This document shows positions 9,054 through 18,910 of a stretch of DNA of 64,000 nt, piece after piece. Both the position numbers and the translations under genes were made by a program. This stretch comes from Solirubrobacteraceae bacterium. GTDB taxonomy: Bacteria > Actinomycetota > Thermoleophilia > Solirubrobacterales > Solirubrobacteraceae. The stretch is taken from positions 16,395 through 80,394 of the forward strand of contig JBJMLC010000065.1 of NCBI GenBank assembly GCA_045805485.1. The letters are read 5' to 3'. Below the pieces are notes generated by a model. It saw only the letters and a program-made list of their open reading frames with translations. It had not been told where the DNA came from and made no database searches. Each line of letters opens with the position of its first letter. Positions within the stretch are counted from its first letter, which is position 1.

Positions 9054-10112
9054 TCAGATGGCGACCGGCGCGTACTCGGCCGGAAACACCGAGCCGCCGA
9101 AGAACCAGTTCTCGATGGCATAGCGCGGCTTGGACATGGCCGGATCTGAACCGGTCTGGTGGAGGAACAGCTCGTCGAAGAAAATTGCGTCTCCGGGCTC
9201 GAAGATGGGCCGGATGATCGGTGTCCCGGCCGCCGTCTCATCGACCCGGCGCTGCGAGATCGTGTAGTCCAGCACCGCCTCCTCGGTCGCGGTGGCCACG
9301 TAATGGTCCAGCCGCCGGGGGAGGAGGTCCAGGCCCGGGGCCTCATCCCCGCAGCGGGAGAGCGAGAGCCAGAGGTTTAGCGAGCGCACCGCGCCCATGA
9401 AGAAGCCGTCCTGGTGCCAGGCCCCGGGGACCGAGGGATCGGCCTTGCGAAGCGTGGTCTTGTGCACCGAGATCAGTGCCGGCTCACCCAGATAGCCGGA
9501 GACGATCTGAGGCAGGTTGGCCGCGGCGAACATCTGGAGCATCTCGAAGTGAAGCCGGGGGGCGTCGGCGGCCAGCAGGCCACCGCCCTGCTTGATCCAA
9601 CCTCGGACCACCGGCTCCCCGGACCCCGCCTGAGGCTGGAACTCCTCGTAGTAGCCCTTCTTGGTGCCTCGTCCCGAATCATGGCGCTCGCGGACCGCGA
9701 ACGCCCGATCGATCTCCTTCGCCATCTCCACAGCCCGGCCCCGGTCCACCAGACCGCGCACCAGCAGACAGCCATCACGCAGGATGCCGGCCCGGATCAG
9801 TCCGGGCGTGAGGTCCGAGGCGGCGACGTCGGGCAGGGGGTCGCCGGCCGGGAGTCGGTCTCCATCGGCATCCGCGAAGTCAGGCTCTGCCGGCGCCGCT
9901 TCGGCGAGGGCGATACCGGCCAGGTGCTCCAGGGCCAGCAGACGACGTTCGGTGTCCGCATCCCGCGAGCTCAGGTTGCGCTCGGTGAGAAGCTCGATCT
10001 CGGCCCGCAGCTCGTCCAGATCGCCCGGGAGGTTCCGCTCCTCACCCCCGCGCTCCAGCGTCGCCACCCGCGAGCCGGACCTCGTGTCCGCTCTCCGCTT
10101 AGCCCACCACAC
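9054..10112 (-). CDS. PhyH-like Fe(II)/2-oxoglutarate dioxygenase, paralog 1
   Basis: AWHQDG (HxD), LNLWLSLS, FEPGDAIFFDELFLHQT, RYAIENWF. Confidence 0.8.
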   Translation of the reverse strand: MWWAKRRADTRSGSRVATLERGGEERNLPGDLDELRAEIELLTERNLSSRDADTERRLLALEHLAGIALAEAAPAEPDFADADGDRLPAGDPLPDVAASDLTPGLIRAGILRDGCLLVRGLVDRGRAVEMAKEIDRAFAVRERHDSGRGTKKGYYEEFQPQAGSGEPVVRGWIKQGGGLLAADAPRLHFEMLQMFAAANLPQIVSGYLGEPALISVHKTTLRKADPSVPGAWHQDGFFMGAVRSLNLWLSLSRCGDEAPGLDLLPRRLDHYVATATEEAVLDYTISQRRVDETAAGTPIIRPIFEPGDAIFFDELFLHQTGSDPAMSKPRYAIENWFFGGSVFPAEYAPVAI

Positions 10113-10200
10113 GGTCGAGACGTTACCTTACTTTCGGCGCGGTCCCGGGAAGGCCTCGGCGCAGCCCCGGGAAGCGAATGGAGCGGATAATGTCCGCCAA

Positions 10201-11856
10201 ATGGCGGCAACTCGGGGTTTGGCTGCGCCGGGGGCGGCGTGGGCGCAGCGCCTGGCAGTGTCTGACCAGCGCGGGGGCGCGCGGGGCCGAGTCGCTCTGG
10301 CTGCGCTGGTTGGGCTGACCGGCGCCGGCCTGGCCCTGCGGGTCCTGGTGGCCCGCCAATCGGTGTTCGCCGACGAGCTGTCGACGTACTGGATCTCGGC
10401 CAGGCATTCCCTGGGGGGCGTCCTGTCCTTGCTCTACAGCACCGGACGGATCCAGCACGCTGAGATCACCCCACCCCTGTCGTTCCTGGCCTCCTGGCTG
10501 ACCACCCGCCTGGGCGGCTCGCCTGAGCTCCTGCGGCTGCCCGCGCTACTTGCCGGAACGGCCACGATTCCCCTCGTGTATCTGCTCGGCGTCCGCGCGG
10601 TGGGCCGGCGGGCGGCGCTTCTCGCCGCGGCACTGACGGCGTTCTCGCCGTTCATGATCTATTACTCGGCCGAGGCCCGCGCCTACGGCCTGCTGATGCT
10701 GCTGCTCACGGCCGCCGTGCTGTCGATGCTGATGGCCCTCCACACTCATCAGAGGCGATACTGGGTCCTGTACGCCCTCTGCTCAGCCGCGGCCTTCTAC
10801 ACCCATTACACCTGCCTGTTCGTACTGGGAGCGGCCCTGCTCTGGGTGATCTGGGTGCACCCGGAGGCCAGGCGGACAGCGCTGCTGGCCAATGCCGGCG
10901 CCGCGCTGCTGGTGGCTCCGTGGATTCCTGGTCTGATCGCGGACACCCAGTCGCCCACGGTCCGGATCCTGTCCGCGCTCTCACCCTTCACCGCCCACGC
11001 CGTGCGCATTGACATCCAGCACTGGTCGGTGGGCTATCCGTACAGCATCGTGGGTCTGCGCCAGATCCCGGGCGTCCCCGCGCTGATCCTCCTGGGGGTG
11101 GCGGTTGTGCTGGCGCTGGTCGGGCTGGCCCGCCGCGTCCTACTCTGGCGCCGCGGGCAGAGCCGCCCCGGCCGCTCCTTGCCGAGGGTTGCTCTCGGCG
11201 TCCTGTCGACGTCCGTGGGGCTGATGTTCGTGCTGATGCTGGCCACTCCGGTGGGTGAGGCTGTGGCCAGCGCGTTTGGCCGCCACATCATCGGAGTCCG
11301 TGATCTGGCGGCGTCCTGGCCGTTCCTGGCCCTGTTCTGCTCGGCCCTGGCCATCGCGGCGGGGCGACGGCTCGGAGGCGTGGTCGCCGCGCTGGCGGTC
11401 GTGGCCTTTGCGATCGGCGCCATCCGCATGCTCGAGCCCCGGTTCCAGCGCCCCGATTATCAGGGCGCGGCTGATTATGTGGCGGCGCACGCCCGTCCCG
11501 GCGATGTGGTCATCGACACGACCGGGGCCCTGAGCCCCGGTCCGCTGACCGGGTTTGACATCGTCTTCCACCGTCGGCTGGCGGTCGTGCGCGCCCGCTC
11601 ACCGGCCGAACGAGACCATCCCTTCACGGTGTTCGACCCGATCGTGTCCGCCGAACAGGGGGTGAGCCGGGCTCTGGCGCTGGCTCACGGCCACCGGGTG
11701 TTTGCGGTCGTGCCAAAGCTGCTCCCCTCAGGGTCGATCAACCCGATCCCGACCGGGTTCCCCCCCACCTACCGTCTGACCACGCTGCACCGCATCCCCG
11801 GCATCCAGACCACGCTGGTGGGCATCTACTCGCGCGTGCGCGGACGGAGCTCCTGA
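10201..11856 (+). CDS. GT-C fold glycosyltransferase (GT39/PMT_2-like)
   Basis: SVFADE, TPPLSF, LRLPALLAG, SPFMIYYSAEARAYGL, FYTHY; start re-called at ATG 10201. Confidence 0.85.
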   Translation: MAATRGLAAPGAAWAQRLAVSDQRGGARGRVALAALVGLTGAGLALRVLVARQSVFADELSTYWISARHSLGGVLSLLYSTGRIQHAEITPPLSFLASWLTTRLGGSPELLRLPALLAGTATIPLVYLLGVRAVGRRAALLAAALTAFSPFMIYYSAEARAYGLLMLLLTAAVLSMLMALHTHQRRYWVLYALCSAAAFYTHYTCLFVLGAALLWVIWVHPEARRTALLANAGAALLVAPWIPGLIADTQSPTVRILSALSPFTAHAVRIDIQHWSVGYPYSIVGLRQIPGVPALILLGVAVVLALVGLARRVLLWRRGQSRPGRSLPRVALGVLSTSVGLMFVLMLATPVGEAVASAFGRHIIGVRDLAASWPFLALFCSALAIAAGRRLGGVVAALAVVAFAIGAIRMLEPRFQRPDYQGAADYVAAHARPGDVVIDTTGALSPGPLTGFDIVFHRRLAVVRARSPAERDHPFTVFDPIVSAEQGVSRALALAHGHRVFAVVPKLLPSGSINPIPTGFPPTYRLTTLHRIPGIQTTLVGIYSRVRGRSS

Positions 11857-12555
11857 GCTGTCCCGGCCAGGCGGCTTGGTGGCGACGATCACGTTGTGAG
11901 CGCCGTAGCGCCGGAAGTATGGGGTGCGCTCGAACGCGCGCTCCAGAGCGGCCGCGGCGCGGATCGCCCGCGGCGGGGTGAAGTCCGGCACCAGGCCCAG
12001 CTGCTGAACGCTCAGCACCCGTGCCCCCGCGGCGCTCAAGCCCTCCACGATCTCCTGCTGGGGAACCAGTCGCTCCTCCCCTGTGTCCTGAGGCACCCGC
12101 GCCATCAGACTTGACCAGTAGGGGTTCTCCGGGTTGTGGTCCCAGACCAGGATCCGCCCCTGAGGCCTGCACACGCGGGTCATCTCGGCCAGCGTCTGGC
12201 GGATCGCCGCCGGTTCTGCGACGTGGTGCAGCGCGGCCACCGTCAGGACGAGGTCGAAGCTGGCCGTGTCGAAGGGCAGCGCCGTGCCGTCCGCCTGCAC
12301 GGCCTTGATCTCTGGATGCCTCGTCCGCATGACGTCGAGCATCCCCTGCGAGGGATCGATTCCCACCACCTCATAGCCCCGGTCCGCCAGTCGCGCCGCC
12401 AGCGCTCCCGTGCCGCATCCCACATCCAGGACACGACCGCCGTGACAGATCCTGACTGCGAACGCGGTCCGCTTGCGGAGGTAGTGCTCGACTACGTGGG
12501 CCGGAAGCGACTCGTCGTAGACCGCCGCGATCTCATCAAAGTGGGAGCTGCTCAC
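11728..12555 (-). CDS. Class I SAM methyltransferase
   Basis: VLDVGCGTG, GIDPS, LPFDTASFDLV, ALHHV; 3' end overlaps the convergent GT39 gene. Confidence 0.85.
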   Translation of the reverse strand: MSSSHFDEIAAVYDESLPAHVVEHYLRKRTAFAVRICHGGRVLDVGCGTGALAARLADRGYEVVGIDPSQGMLDVMRTRHPEIKAVQADGTALPFDTASFDLVLTVAALHHVAEPAAIRQTLAEMTRVCRPQGRILVWDHNPENPYWSSLMARVPQDTGEERLVPQQEIVEGLSAAGARVLSVQQLGLVPDFTPPRAIRAAAALERAFERTPYFRRYGAHNVIVATKPPGRDSSGAPSAHARVDAHQRGLDAGDAVQRGQTVGGGEPGRDRVDRP

Positions 12556-13327
12556 CGCGCCTGCGTCCGTTACTCCGGGAGCGCTCGGGATGTACGAAGG
12601 CCGGTGGGCGCCCGCGTCGCTTCGGCGCCGAGGACCTCAGCTTGAGCACCAGCGCGACCATGTTCAGCCCCACCTGCAGCGCCTTGATCGGACGCCCTGT
12701 CACCGAGGAGGTGCCCACTCGTGGCAGGTAGTTCACCGGCACCTCCACGAACCTGGCCCCGGACAGGATGGTCAGCAGCATGATCTCCACTCCAGCGTGC
12801 GAGCCGCCCACGGTCATCGACTCGGCCACGCTCCGCGCGATCTCAGACCGGAGCAGGCGGTAGGTGCAGCCGACGTCGCTCAGATGGTTGGTGTTGAACA
12901 GCGCCTCGATCATCTTGGCCACGCCCCAATTGCCCCAGCGCAGGAACCGCTCCATGTTGGCTCCGTCCCAGATCAGATCACGAGTGGTGCGCGTCCCGAA
13001 CACGACGTCGCACTCCGCGCTGTAGACCAGCAGCTTGACTATGTCCTCGGCCAGGAACGTTCCATCGGGCTCGGCGAGCACGACGAGCTCGCCGCTGGCC
13101 TCCAGGAGTCCGCGCCGCGTGGCATGACCGTACCCCTGGAGAGGCTCGTGCACCAGGCGGGCCTGGGTCCGCTGCACCTCCTCGCGAGTCCCCGGCTCGG
13201 CGTTGTTGTCGACCACCAGCACCTCGTCCACCACTCCGGTGGCGAAAAAGCCCTCGATGACCTCCCGGATCGAGTCCCGCTCGGCATACGTCATGAGCAC
13301 GACCGAGACCCGCTTATCGTTCCACAT
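12536..13327 (-). CDS. GT2 glycosyltransferase (polyprenol-phosphate glycosyltransferase-like)
   Basis: VSVVLMTYAE, VLVVDNN, QGYGHA, LSDVGCTYR, EVPVNYLPRVG. Confidence 0.85.
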   Translation of the reverse strand: MWNDKRVSVVLMTYAERDSIREVIEGFFATGVVDEVLVVDNNAEPGTREEVQRTQARLVHEPLQGYGHATRRGLLEASGELVVLAEPDGTFLAEDIVKLLVYSAECDVVFGTRTTRDLIWDGANMERFLRWGNWGVAKMIEALFNTNHLSDVGCTYRLLRSEIARSVAESMTVGGSHAGVEIMLLTILSGARFVEVPVNYLPRVGTSSVTGRPIKALQVGLNMVALVLKLRSSAPKRRGRPPAFVHPERSRSNGRRRGEQLPL

Positions 13328-13368
13328 CGCCCGCCCTCTCTCGTCCGGCAACCGCCATCGTGTCCGTC

Positions 13369-14409
13369 CTAGACCGTCAGAGGAACGTAGCCGGGGGGGA
13401 ACGACGAGGCGCCGAAGAACCAGCTCTCGATGGCATAGCGCGGCTTTCGCATGCCGGGGTCGGAAGCCGTCTTGTGCAGGAAGAGATCGTCGAACAACAG
13501 CGCGTCGCCAGGCTCGAAGACCGGGCGGAGGATCGGAAGCTCGCCCGCCACCTCCTCGGCGATGCGCTGCGAGACCTGGTTGAGCATCATCGCCTCGTCG
13601 GTCTCCGTCCTCACGTGGTCGTCAAGTCGGCGCGGCACCAGATCAAGCCCAGGCGCGTCCTGGCCACACGGCGACAGGGCAAGCCACAGGTTGAGGGCAT
13701 TCACCGGCCCCATGAACTTGCCGTCCTGGTGCCAGGCGCCCTTGACCGACGGCTCGGCCTTGCGAAGCGTCGTCTTGTCCCCACTGAGAAGCGGCTCCTC
13801 ACCGAGATAGCCCGCGACCAGCTCGGGAAGCCCGGCCTCCCGAAACACCTCCCCCATTTCGAAGCTGATCAGCGGCGAGTCGACGGCCAGCACCCCACCG
13901 CCCTCCTTGATCCACTCCCGCAGCAGCCGGACCCCCCGGCGCGGGTCGTACTCGAAGGGCACGTAGTAGCGGTCGTTGAATGACCTGTCGGCGTCGTGGC
14001 GCGCTCGCTCGGTGAAGCACCGGTCGATCTCCCCCGCCAGCTCCGTGGCCCGCCGACTGGGCACCAGGCCGCGCACCAGCACACAGCCGCTGCGCAGGAT
14101 TCCACCCCTCAGGACCTCGGGATTGAGCTCGGCCTGTTCGATCTCGATCAGCGGCCCGTCCGGCAGACTCGAGTAATCAGGCTCCGGGTATCCAGCCGGC
14201 TCCGGACCGCCCTCCAGGCGCCGGATGGCCAGCAGGTTCCGCAGGTGCAGCAGCGTGCGTTCGTGTTGGCACGCCGGCTCGGACCGGTTGAGCTCGGTCA
14301 GCGCGGAGATCTCGTCCTGAAGCTCGACCTCATCGCCCGGGAACTCGACCACGGGTGTCGGTGGCAGGTCATCCTTGGTGATGCGGCCCCGGAAACTGCG
14401 CGCCCACAT
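13369..14409 (-). CDS. PhyH-like Fe(II)/2-oxoglutarate dioxygenase, paralog 2
   Basis: AWHQDG, LNLWLALS, FEPGDALLFDDLFLHKT; colinear with 9054-10112; ATG 14409 preceded by TAGCGT. Confidence 0.8.
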   Translation of the reverse strand: MWARSFRGRITKDDLPPTPVVEFPGDEVELQDEISALTELNRSEPACQHERTLLHLRNLLAIRRLEGGPEPAGYPEPDYSSLPDGPLIEIEQAELNPEVLRGGILRSGCVLVRGLVPSRRATELAGEIDRCFTERARHDADRSFNDRYYVPFEYDPRRGVRLLREWIKEGGGVLAVDSPLISFEMGEVFREAGLPELVAGYLGEEPLLSGDKTTLRKAEPSVKGAWHQDGKFMGPVNALNLWLALSPCGQDAPGLDLVPRRLDDHVRTETDEAMMLNQVSQRIAEEVAGELPILRPVFEPGDALLFDDLFLHKTASDPGMRKPRYAIESWFFGASSFPPGYVPLTV

Positions 14410-14446
14410 GCCGATCACGCTAACACGTGCCCGGCCTGACCGCCGC

Positions 14447-15097
14447 TCATTTCTGATCGGCCACGATCCGTGCGGGCACTCCAACCACCGTCGCCCCCGG
14501 CGGCACGTCGTGCACCACCACGGCGCCCGCCCCAACCCGGGCGCCACCGCCCACCCTGATCGGTCCGATCAGCTTGGCCCCGGTTCCGATGCTCACGTTG
14601 TCCTCCACCACCGGTCCCCGGACATCTCCGGCCCGCAGTCCGATGGTCACGAACGGCGAGATGACCACGCCGCGCCCGATCTCCACCAGCCCATCGATGA
14701 CGACATGCCCGTGCACGATGTAGACCCCGGGCGACACCACGACCGGATCTCCGATCGACACCTGAGCGCTGATCATGGCCAGGCGATGGAGCATTCGCGG
14801 GACCAGTGGCACGCCGAGAGATTGCAGACGAGCCTTCGCCCGGTAGCACGCCTGAGCCAGGAAGGCGTCGCTGACCAGCGCCAGCCGTCCGATCTGGATG
14901 GCGGCGTCCCGCCCTGATCGGAACTGGTTGCGCTCTCCGCGCTGCCCGGCGCTCATCCGCGCATCCTCCATAAGCGCTGTCCAGAAATGCGGGTGGCGAG
15001 CGCGAATGGCCGCCCAGAAGCTCGCGCGGCTGGCCGGTGGGCTCGGCGAGCCTTCCGGAGGACTCGGCGGCGCGTCGGGGCCGGTCACACGTGCCAT
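14447..15097 (-). CDS. Serine O-acetyltransferase-like hexapeptide-repeat acyltransferase
   Basis: Left-handed beta-helix repeats; IGTGAKLIGPIRVG, GAGAVVVHDVPPGATVVGVPAR. Confidence 0.85.
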   Translation of the reverse strand: MARVTGPDAPPSPPEGSPSPPASRASFWAAIRARHPHFWTALMEDARMSAGQRGERNQFRSGRDAAIQIGRLALVSDAFLAQACYRAKARLQSLGVPLVPRMLHRLAMISAQVSIGDPVVVSPGVYIVHGHVVIDGLVEIGRGVVISPFVTIGLRAGDVRGPVVEDNVSIGTGAKLIGPIRVGGGARVGAGAVVVHDVPPGATVVGVPARIVADQK

Positions 15098-15099
15098 GA

Positions 15100-15513
15100 C
15101 TAAGAGACCGTCGGTGCCAGCCGGGCAACCTGCCGGCCGGCGATCCCCGCCAGCCGGAGTCGCCCGGCCTGGCCCGCTATGAACCCGAGCGTCGTCCAGG
15201 CGAAGACGTTGTCCGGCTCCGACGCCGTCACCGACTTCAGGATGGCAAGCGCGTCGAGGTAGTCATGGCGGGCGGCGTCCAGGCGAGCGCGCAGGAGGTC
15301 GACCGTGCTGTCCGGGTTCAGCACTCCGGCGGTGTCCAAAAGGGATTGCACGCGCGCTCTCTGAGCCGCCGACAACGGCGAGACCGAAAGGGCCTCGGTG
15401 GCTCTCGCCGTGTCCCGGACCTGGACCCAGCCGAGGGCGAACCACGCGCTGATGAGGAGCGACACCGCCACCGCGCCGACGCGAAGAATTCTCACCCCCA
15501 CATGATCGTGCAT
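15100..15513 (-). CDS. Membrane-anchored TPR-like hypothetical protein
   Basis: N-terminal hydrophobic helix; LNPD and EPDNVFAWTTLG TPR-like turns; start uncertain. Confidence 0.55.
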   Translation of the reverse strand: MHDHVGVRILRVGAVAVSLLISAWFALGWVQVRDTARATEALSVSPLSAAQRARVQSLLDTAGVLNPDSTVDLLRARLDAARHDYLDALAILKSVTASEPDNVFAWTTLGFIAGQAGRLRLAGIAGRQVARLAPTVS

Positions 15514-15619
15514 CCCCACGGTGGGCGAAGCCTCGCCGCGAGAGTGAACAAACCGCCGCGTGTAGGCTGTTGCCGTGTCGATCATCACCGGGGAGCAGGC
15601 AAGCACCGGTGAAGGGGGA

Positions 15620-17938
15620 GTGCGTGAGCAGCCGCTGGAACGGCGGGCCCCTCTCGCCGGCTACGGATCGACGCTGGCGCTGTCGGTAACGCTGATGGCG
15701 GGCTGCTTCCTGCTCGTCATGTCGGCCGCACTGCTGGTGATTCACCCGGGTCCCAGCCACTTCGCCATCACGATCATCCGCCAGAGCCAATCGGTGAAGA
15801 GCATGCTCTACGTGGGCACCTTCGTGATCCTGCTCCCAATGGCGATGGTGGTCGTGCCGCGGCTGGCTGACCGGATCGCCCTCCGTCAGAGCGGCGCCGG
15901 CCTCGGTGTGCTGGCCGGCGTCCTGGCCGCGTTGCTGTCCGCCGCCCTGATCCTGGCCAGGATCGTTCCCGGAACCCACCACGGCCTTCGCAGCATCCTG
16001 GTGGCGGTCGGCGGATGGTGGCTGGTGGCGGCGGGCGGACTCTGGAGGGCGGCGCGCCCCACCCCGTGGGCCTGGCTCCTCCGGCTGGCCCGGGTGGCGC
16101 CTGCCGTCTGGGTCATCTCCGGGCTGGCCGCGTTGGGGGCGCTCCTGTGCGTGACCTCGCTGGGCGCTCTGAGCGGGGCGGCCCTGGTCGCCGGGGCGAT
16201 CGCCGGGCTGATCGTGGTGGGGGCCTGGGGCCGGGTCAGGCTGCCCACCGTGGGCCGCGCCGGCTGGGTGCTTGACCTGGTGGTGGGCCTGCTGCTCCTG
16301 CTGGCGGTCACCAACGTCGTGATCTATCACGCATCATCGGCCATTCCGAACGGCTACTTCCCTCCGGGCGTGATCCAGTTCCAGCAGGACTGGATCCTCG
16401 CCCCCACCAACCAGCTCCTGACCGGAGGGACCCTGCTGGTGAACGACCCCTCGTCCCAGTACGGGGTGGGCCTGGTGTATTTCCTGGCCGCGTGGTTCCA
16501 CCTGGCTCCGATCGGCTATGGAACCTTTGGGCTGCTGGACGGGATCCTCACCAGCCTCGTCTACATCGGCTCCTACTGCGCGCTCCGCCTGGCCCGCGTG
16601 CCCCGGCTGCTCGCCGTGGCCGCTGTGGGGCTCGCGGTCACGACATTCATCTACCACCTCAGCTATCCCATCGGATCGTTGCCCGAACAGGGGCCGCTGC
16701 GGTTCGGGTTGCCGATGGCCGTGATCGTGGGCCTGCTGGCCGCGGCGGTCTGGCCTGGACGAGCCAAGCTGGGCCGCGCGGTGGCGCTGGTAATCGTGGG
16801 GCTGGCGTCGGTCTGGGCGGTGGAGGCATTCGCCTACGCCGCGTTCACCTACCTGGTCATGATCGTGGTGGAGGCGCGGCTCCGCCCCCCCGGTGCGAGG
16901 GCGAGATGGACCCTGGTGCAGGTGGGCCTGGCGGCCGCGGCGTGTGTGTGCGCTCACCTGATCCTGGCTGTGGCGACCCTCGCCGGCAGCGGGCACCTCC
17001 CGGATTGGTCTCTGTACACGGCGTACGTGCACGGCCTGCTGCTCGGCGGGCGGGAGGGCTCGGTCACGTATGGATTTGCCAATTGGTCGCCGGGGCTGGC
17101 CATGGGGCTGGCCTGCCTGGCCTCAGCCGCTGCTCTCGTGTTGCTGATCGTCCGAGCCCCGGCCGTGGCTGCCCGGCAGCGGACGGTGGTGCTGGCGCTG
17201 GCTGGATCGACGGCGTACGCCATCGCAAGCTTCAGCTACAGCGACAATCGCTCGTCGACCTACCTGCTCCTCTACGTGGCCCTTCCGGTCCTCCTGGCCG
17301 CCACGCTGTGGCTGTGGTTGATGCTCGGGTCGCGTGACATCAGCGCGGGTCGCCGGCGAGCGGGCCTCGCGGTGGCGGTGTCGATCGCCGTCCTCATGCT
17401 GTCCGCCGCCTGGTCGACGATCGGAACGAACTTCTCGCAGTCGGCGCTGGCCCACGCCTACCCGGGCGGCGGGCTCTCGAGTGCGCTGAACCGCCTGTGG
17501 CACGCGCCGCCGATCGATCCCCGGGCGCCCGCCGTGGTGCGAGTCCTGGATCGGGACATGCCGCAGAAACGCGTCCTGGTCCTCCTGCCCGCCGCGCCGG
17601 ACCTGGCCATGGAGGCGCTGATGCGGAGTCGAAGGGGCTTCTCGCTGTTCCTGGGAGACCCCGCGGAGGACATCTGGATCCCGTCGATCTGGATGCCCCG
17701 GATCAACCGGGAGGTGGAAGCGCTGCGGCCGGGCACCCGGGTTCTGATGGACCGGACGGCCCTCCAGGTGACCGCGCGGCTGCGGGCGTTCCCCGCGGAC
17801 TATTCGCTGATCCACCCGCTGGCGCGGGGCAATCCCGAGATCGAGTGGATCCTCCACCGGCTGGACCGGACGTTCCGGTTCGTCCCCATCGATCACGGTC
17901 CAGACGGCCTGGTGGTGGTGCGGCTGATGCCCAGATAG
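15620..17938 (+). CDS. Large polytopic membrane protein, possibly a GT-C glycosyltransferase
   Basis: Many TM helices with a soluble loop (SQYGVGLVYF, GPLRF) and C-terminal extracellular domain; start uncertain. Confidence 0.6.
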   Translation: MREQPLERRAPLAGYGSTLALSVTLMAGCFLLVMSAALLVIHPGPSHFAITIIRQSQSVKSMLYVGTFVILLPMAMVVVPRLADRIALRQSGAGLGVLAGVLAALLSAALILARIVPGTHHGLRSILVAVGGWWLVAAGGLWRAARPTPWAWLLRLARVAPAVWVISGLAALGALLCVTSLGALSGAALVAGAIAGLIVVGAWGRVRLPTVGRAGWVLDLVVGLLLLLAVTNVVIYHASSAIPNGYFPPGVIQFQQDWILAPTNQLLTGGTLLVNDPSSQYGVGLVYFLAAWFHLAPIGYGTFGLLDGILTSLVYIGSYCALRLARVPRLLAVAAVGLAVTTFIYHLSYPIGSLPEQGPLRFGLPMAVIVGLLAAAVWPGRAKLGRAVALVIVGLASVWAVEAFAYAAFTYLVMIVVEARLRPPGARARWTLVQVGLAAAACVCAHLILAVATLAGSGHLPDWSLYTAYVHGLLLGGREGSVTYGFANWSPGLAMGLACLASAAALVLLIVRAPAVAARQRTVVLALAGSTAYAIASFSYSDNRSSTYLLLYVALPVLLAATLWLWLMLGSRDISAGRRRAGLAVAVSIAVLMLSAAWSTIGTNFSQSALAHAYPGGGLSSALNRLWHAPPIDPRAPAVVRVLDRDMPQKRVLVLLPAAPDLAMEALMRSRRGFSLFLGDPAEDIWIPSIWMPRINREVEALRPGTRVLMDRTALQVTARLRAFPADYSLIHPLARGNPEIEWILHRLDRTFRFVPIDHGPDGLVVVRLMPR

Positions 17939-17977
17939 CAACCGCCCGGCCATCGCCCCGGACCCGGCGGTTACGCT

Positions 17978-18910
17978 GTGGCCGTGACTGCCAGAACGGT
18001 TGAGCGGTCCTGGGGCGCGGATGAGGACCACGTGACCTGCGCATGGTGCGGCGCCAGCGCCCGCAGCTCCCGCTCCCGGCTGGCGGTGTGCCCGCGGTGC
18101 GCCAGCGCCACCACCTACCCCAGGCCGAGCGACGACGAGCTCGAGCAGGCCTACGTGGGGTGGTACCGGCCGCCCAGCGGCCGCTTCCCGGCCGGTGGCG
18201 ACCGACTCCTCGCGCTGTCGCGGGCGCGCCTGGCTCGGCGGCTGGACCGCATCGCCCCCAGCGGGCCGGTGCTGGACGTGGGGGCCGGCGAAGGGACCCT
18301 GGTCCGGGCGCTGCAGGCCCGCGGGCGCGAGGCCCTGGGCCTGGAGCGGGTCAGTGGCGGCGACGGGGTGGTGGCCCGTGAGGTGGTCGATTTCGATCAG
18401 AGCCTCGGAGAATGGGCGGGGGTCGTGTTCTGGCACTCGCTGGAGCACCTCGGCGAGCCGGCTCGCGCTCTGGATCGCGCCTGCCAGCTGCTGGCTCGCG
18501 GTGGTGTGCTGGTGATCGCCCTGCCGAACCTGAGCAGCTGGCAGGCACGCTGGTTCGGGAGGCGCTGGTTTCACCTGGACCTCCCGCGCCATCTGGTGCA
18601 CGTTCCGGCGGCCGCCCTGCGGCAGGGTGTCAAGGACCGCGGGCTGCGGGTCGAGCGGGTGAGCCACTGGCGGGGCGGGCAGCTGGTCTTCGGGTGGCTT
18701 CACGGGTTCGTCGGCCTCCTGCCGGGACACCCGAACCTGTACGACGCCATCCGGCGCGGCGAGGCCCGCAGCGGCGTGATGAGCCCGGGGGCCCGAGCGG
18801 GGGCGCTCGTGGCGGCCGCGGTGCTGACCCCGCTCGCCTTGGTCCTGACCGTGGCGGAGGTGGCCGCCGGCGCCGGTGGCACCGTATACGTCGAGGCCCG
18901 CAAGCAATGA
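17978..18910 (+). CDS. Class I SAM methyltransferase with N-terminal Cys4 zinc-ribbon-like motif
   Basis: CAWC...CPRC; VLDVGAGEG; WHSLEHL; LDLPRHLVH; true start may be GTG 17984. Confidence 0.85.
   Translation: MAVTARTVERSWGADEDHVTCAWCGASARSSRSRLAVCPRCASATTYPRPSDDELEQAYVGWYRPPSGRFPAGGDRLLALSRARLARRLDRIAPSGPVLDVGAGEGTLVRALQARGREALGLERVSGGDGVVAREVVDFDQSLGEWAGVVFWHSLEHLGEPARALDRACQLLARGGVLVIALPNLSSWQARWFGRRWFHLDLPRHLVHVPAAALRQGVKDRGLRVERVSHWRGGQLVFGWLHGFVGLLPGHPNLYDAIRRGEARSGVMSPGARAGALVAAAVLTPLALVLTVAEVAAGAGGTVYVEARKQ

Noticed and set aside
11728-11856. 129-bp convergent overlap between the GT39 and methyltransferase genes
   Set aside because: The methyltransferase tail past IVATK looks like non-conserved read-through; no evidence of dual function
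17123-18907. Long antisense ORFs (e.g. 17123-18907, 49163-50320, 51532-53028, 39995-41080)
   Set aside because: Typical shadow ORFs of high-GC coding strands with no recognisable motifs
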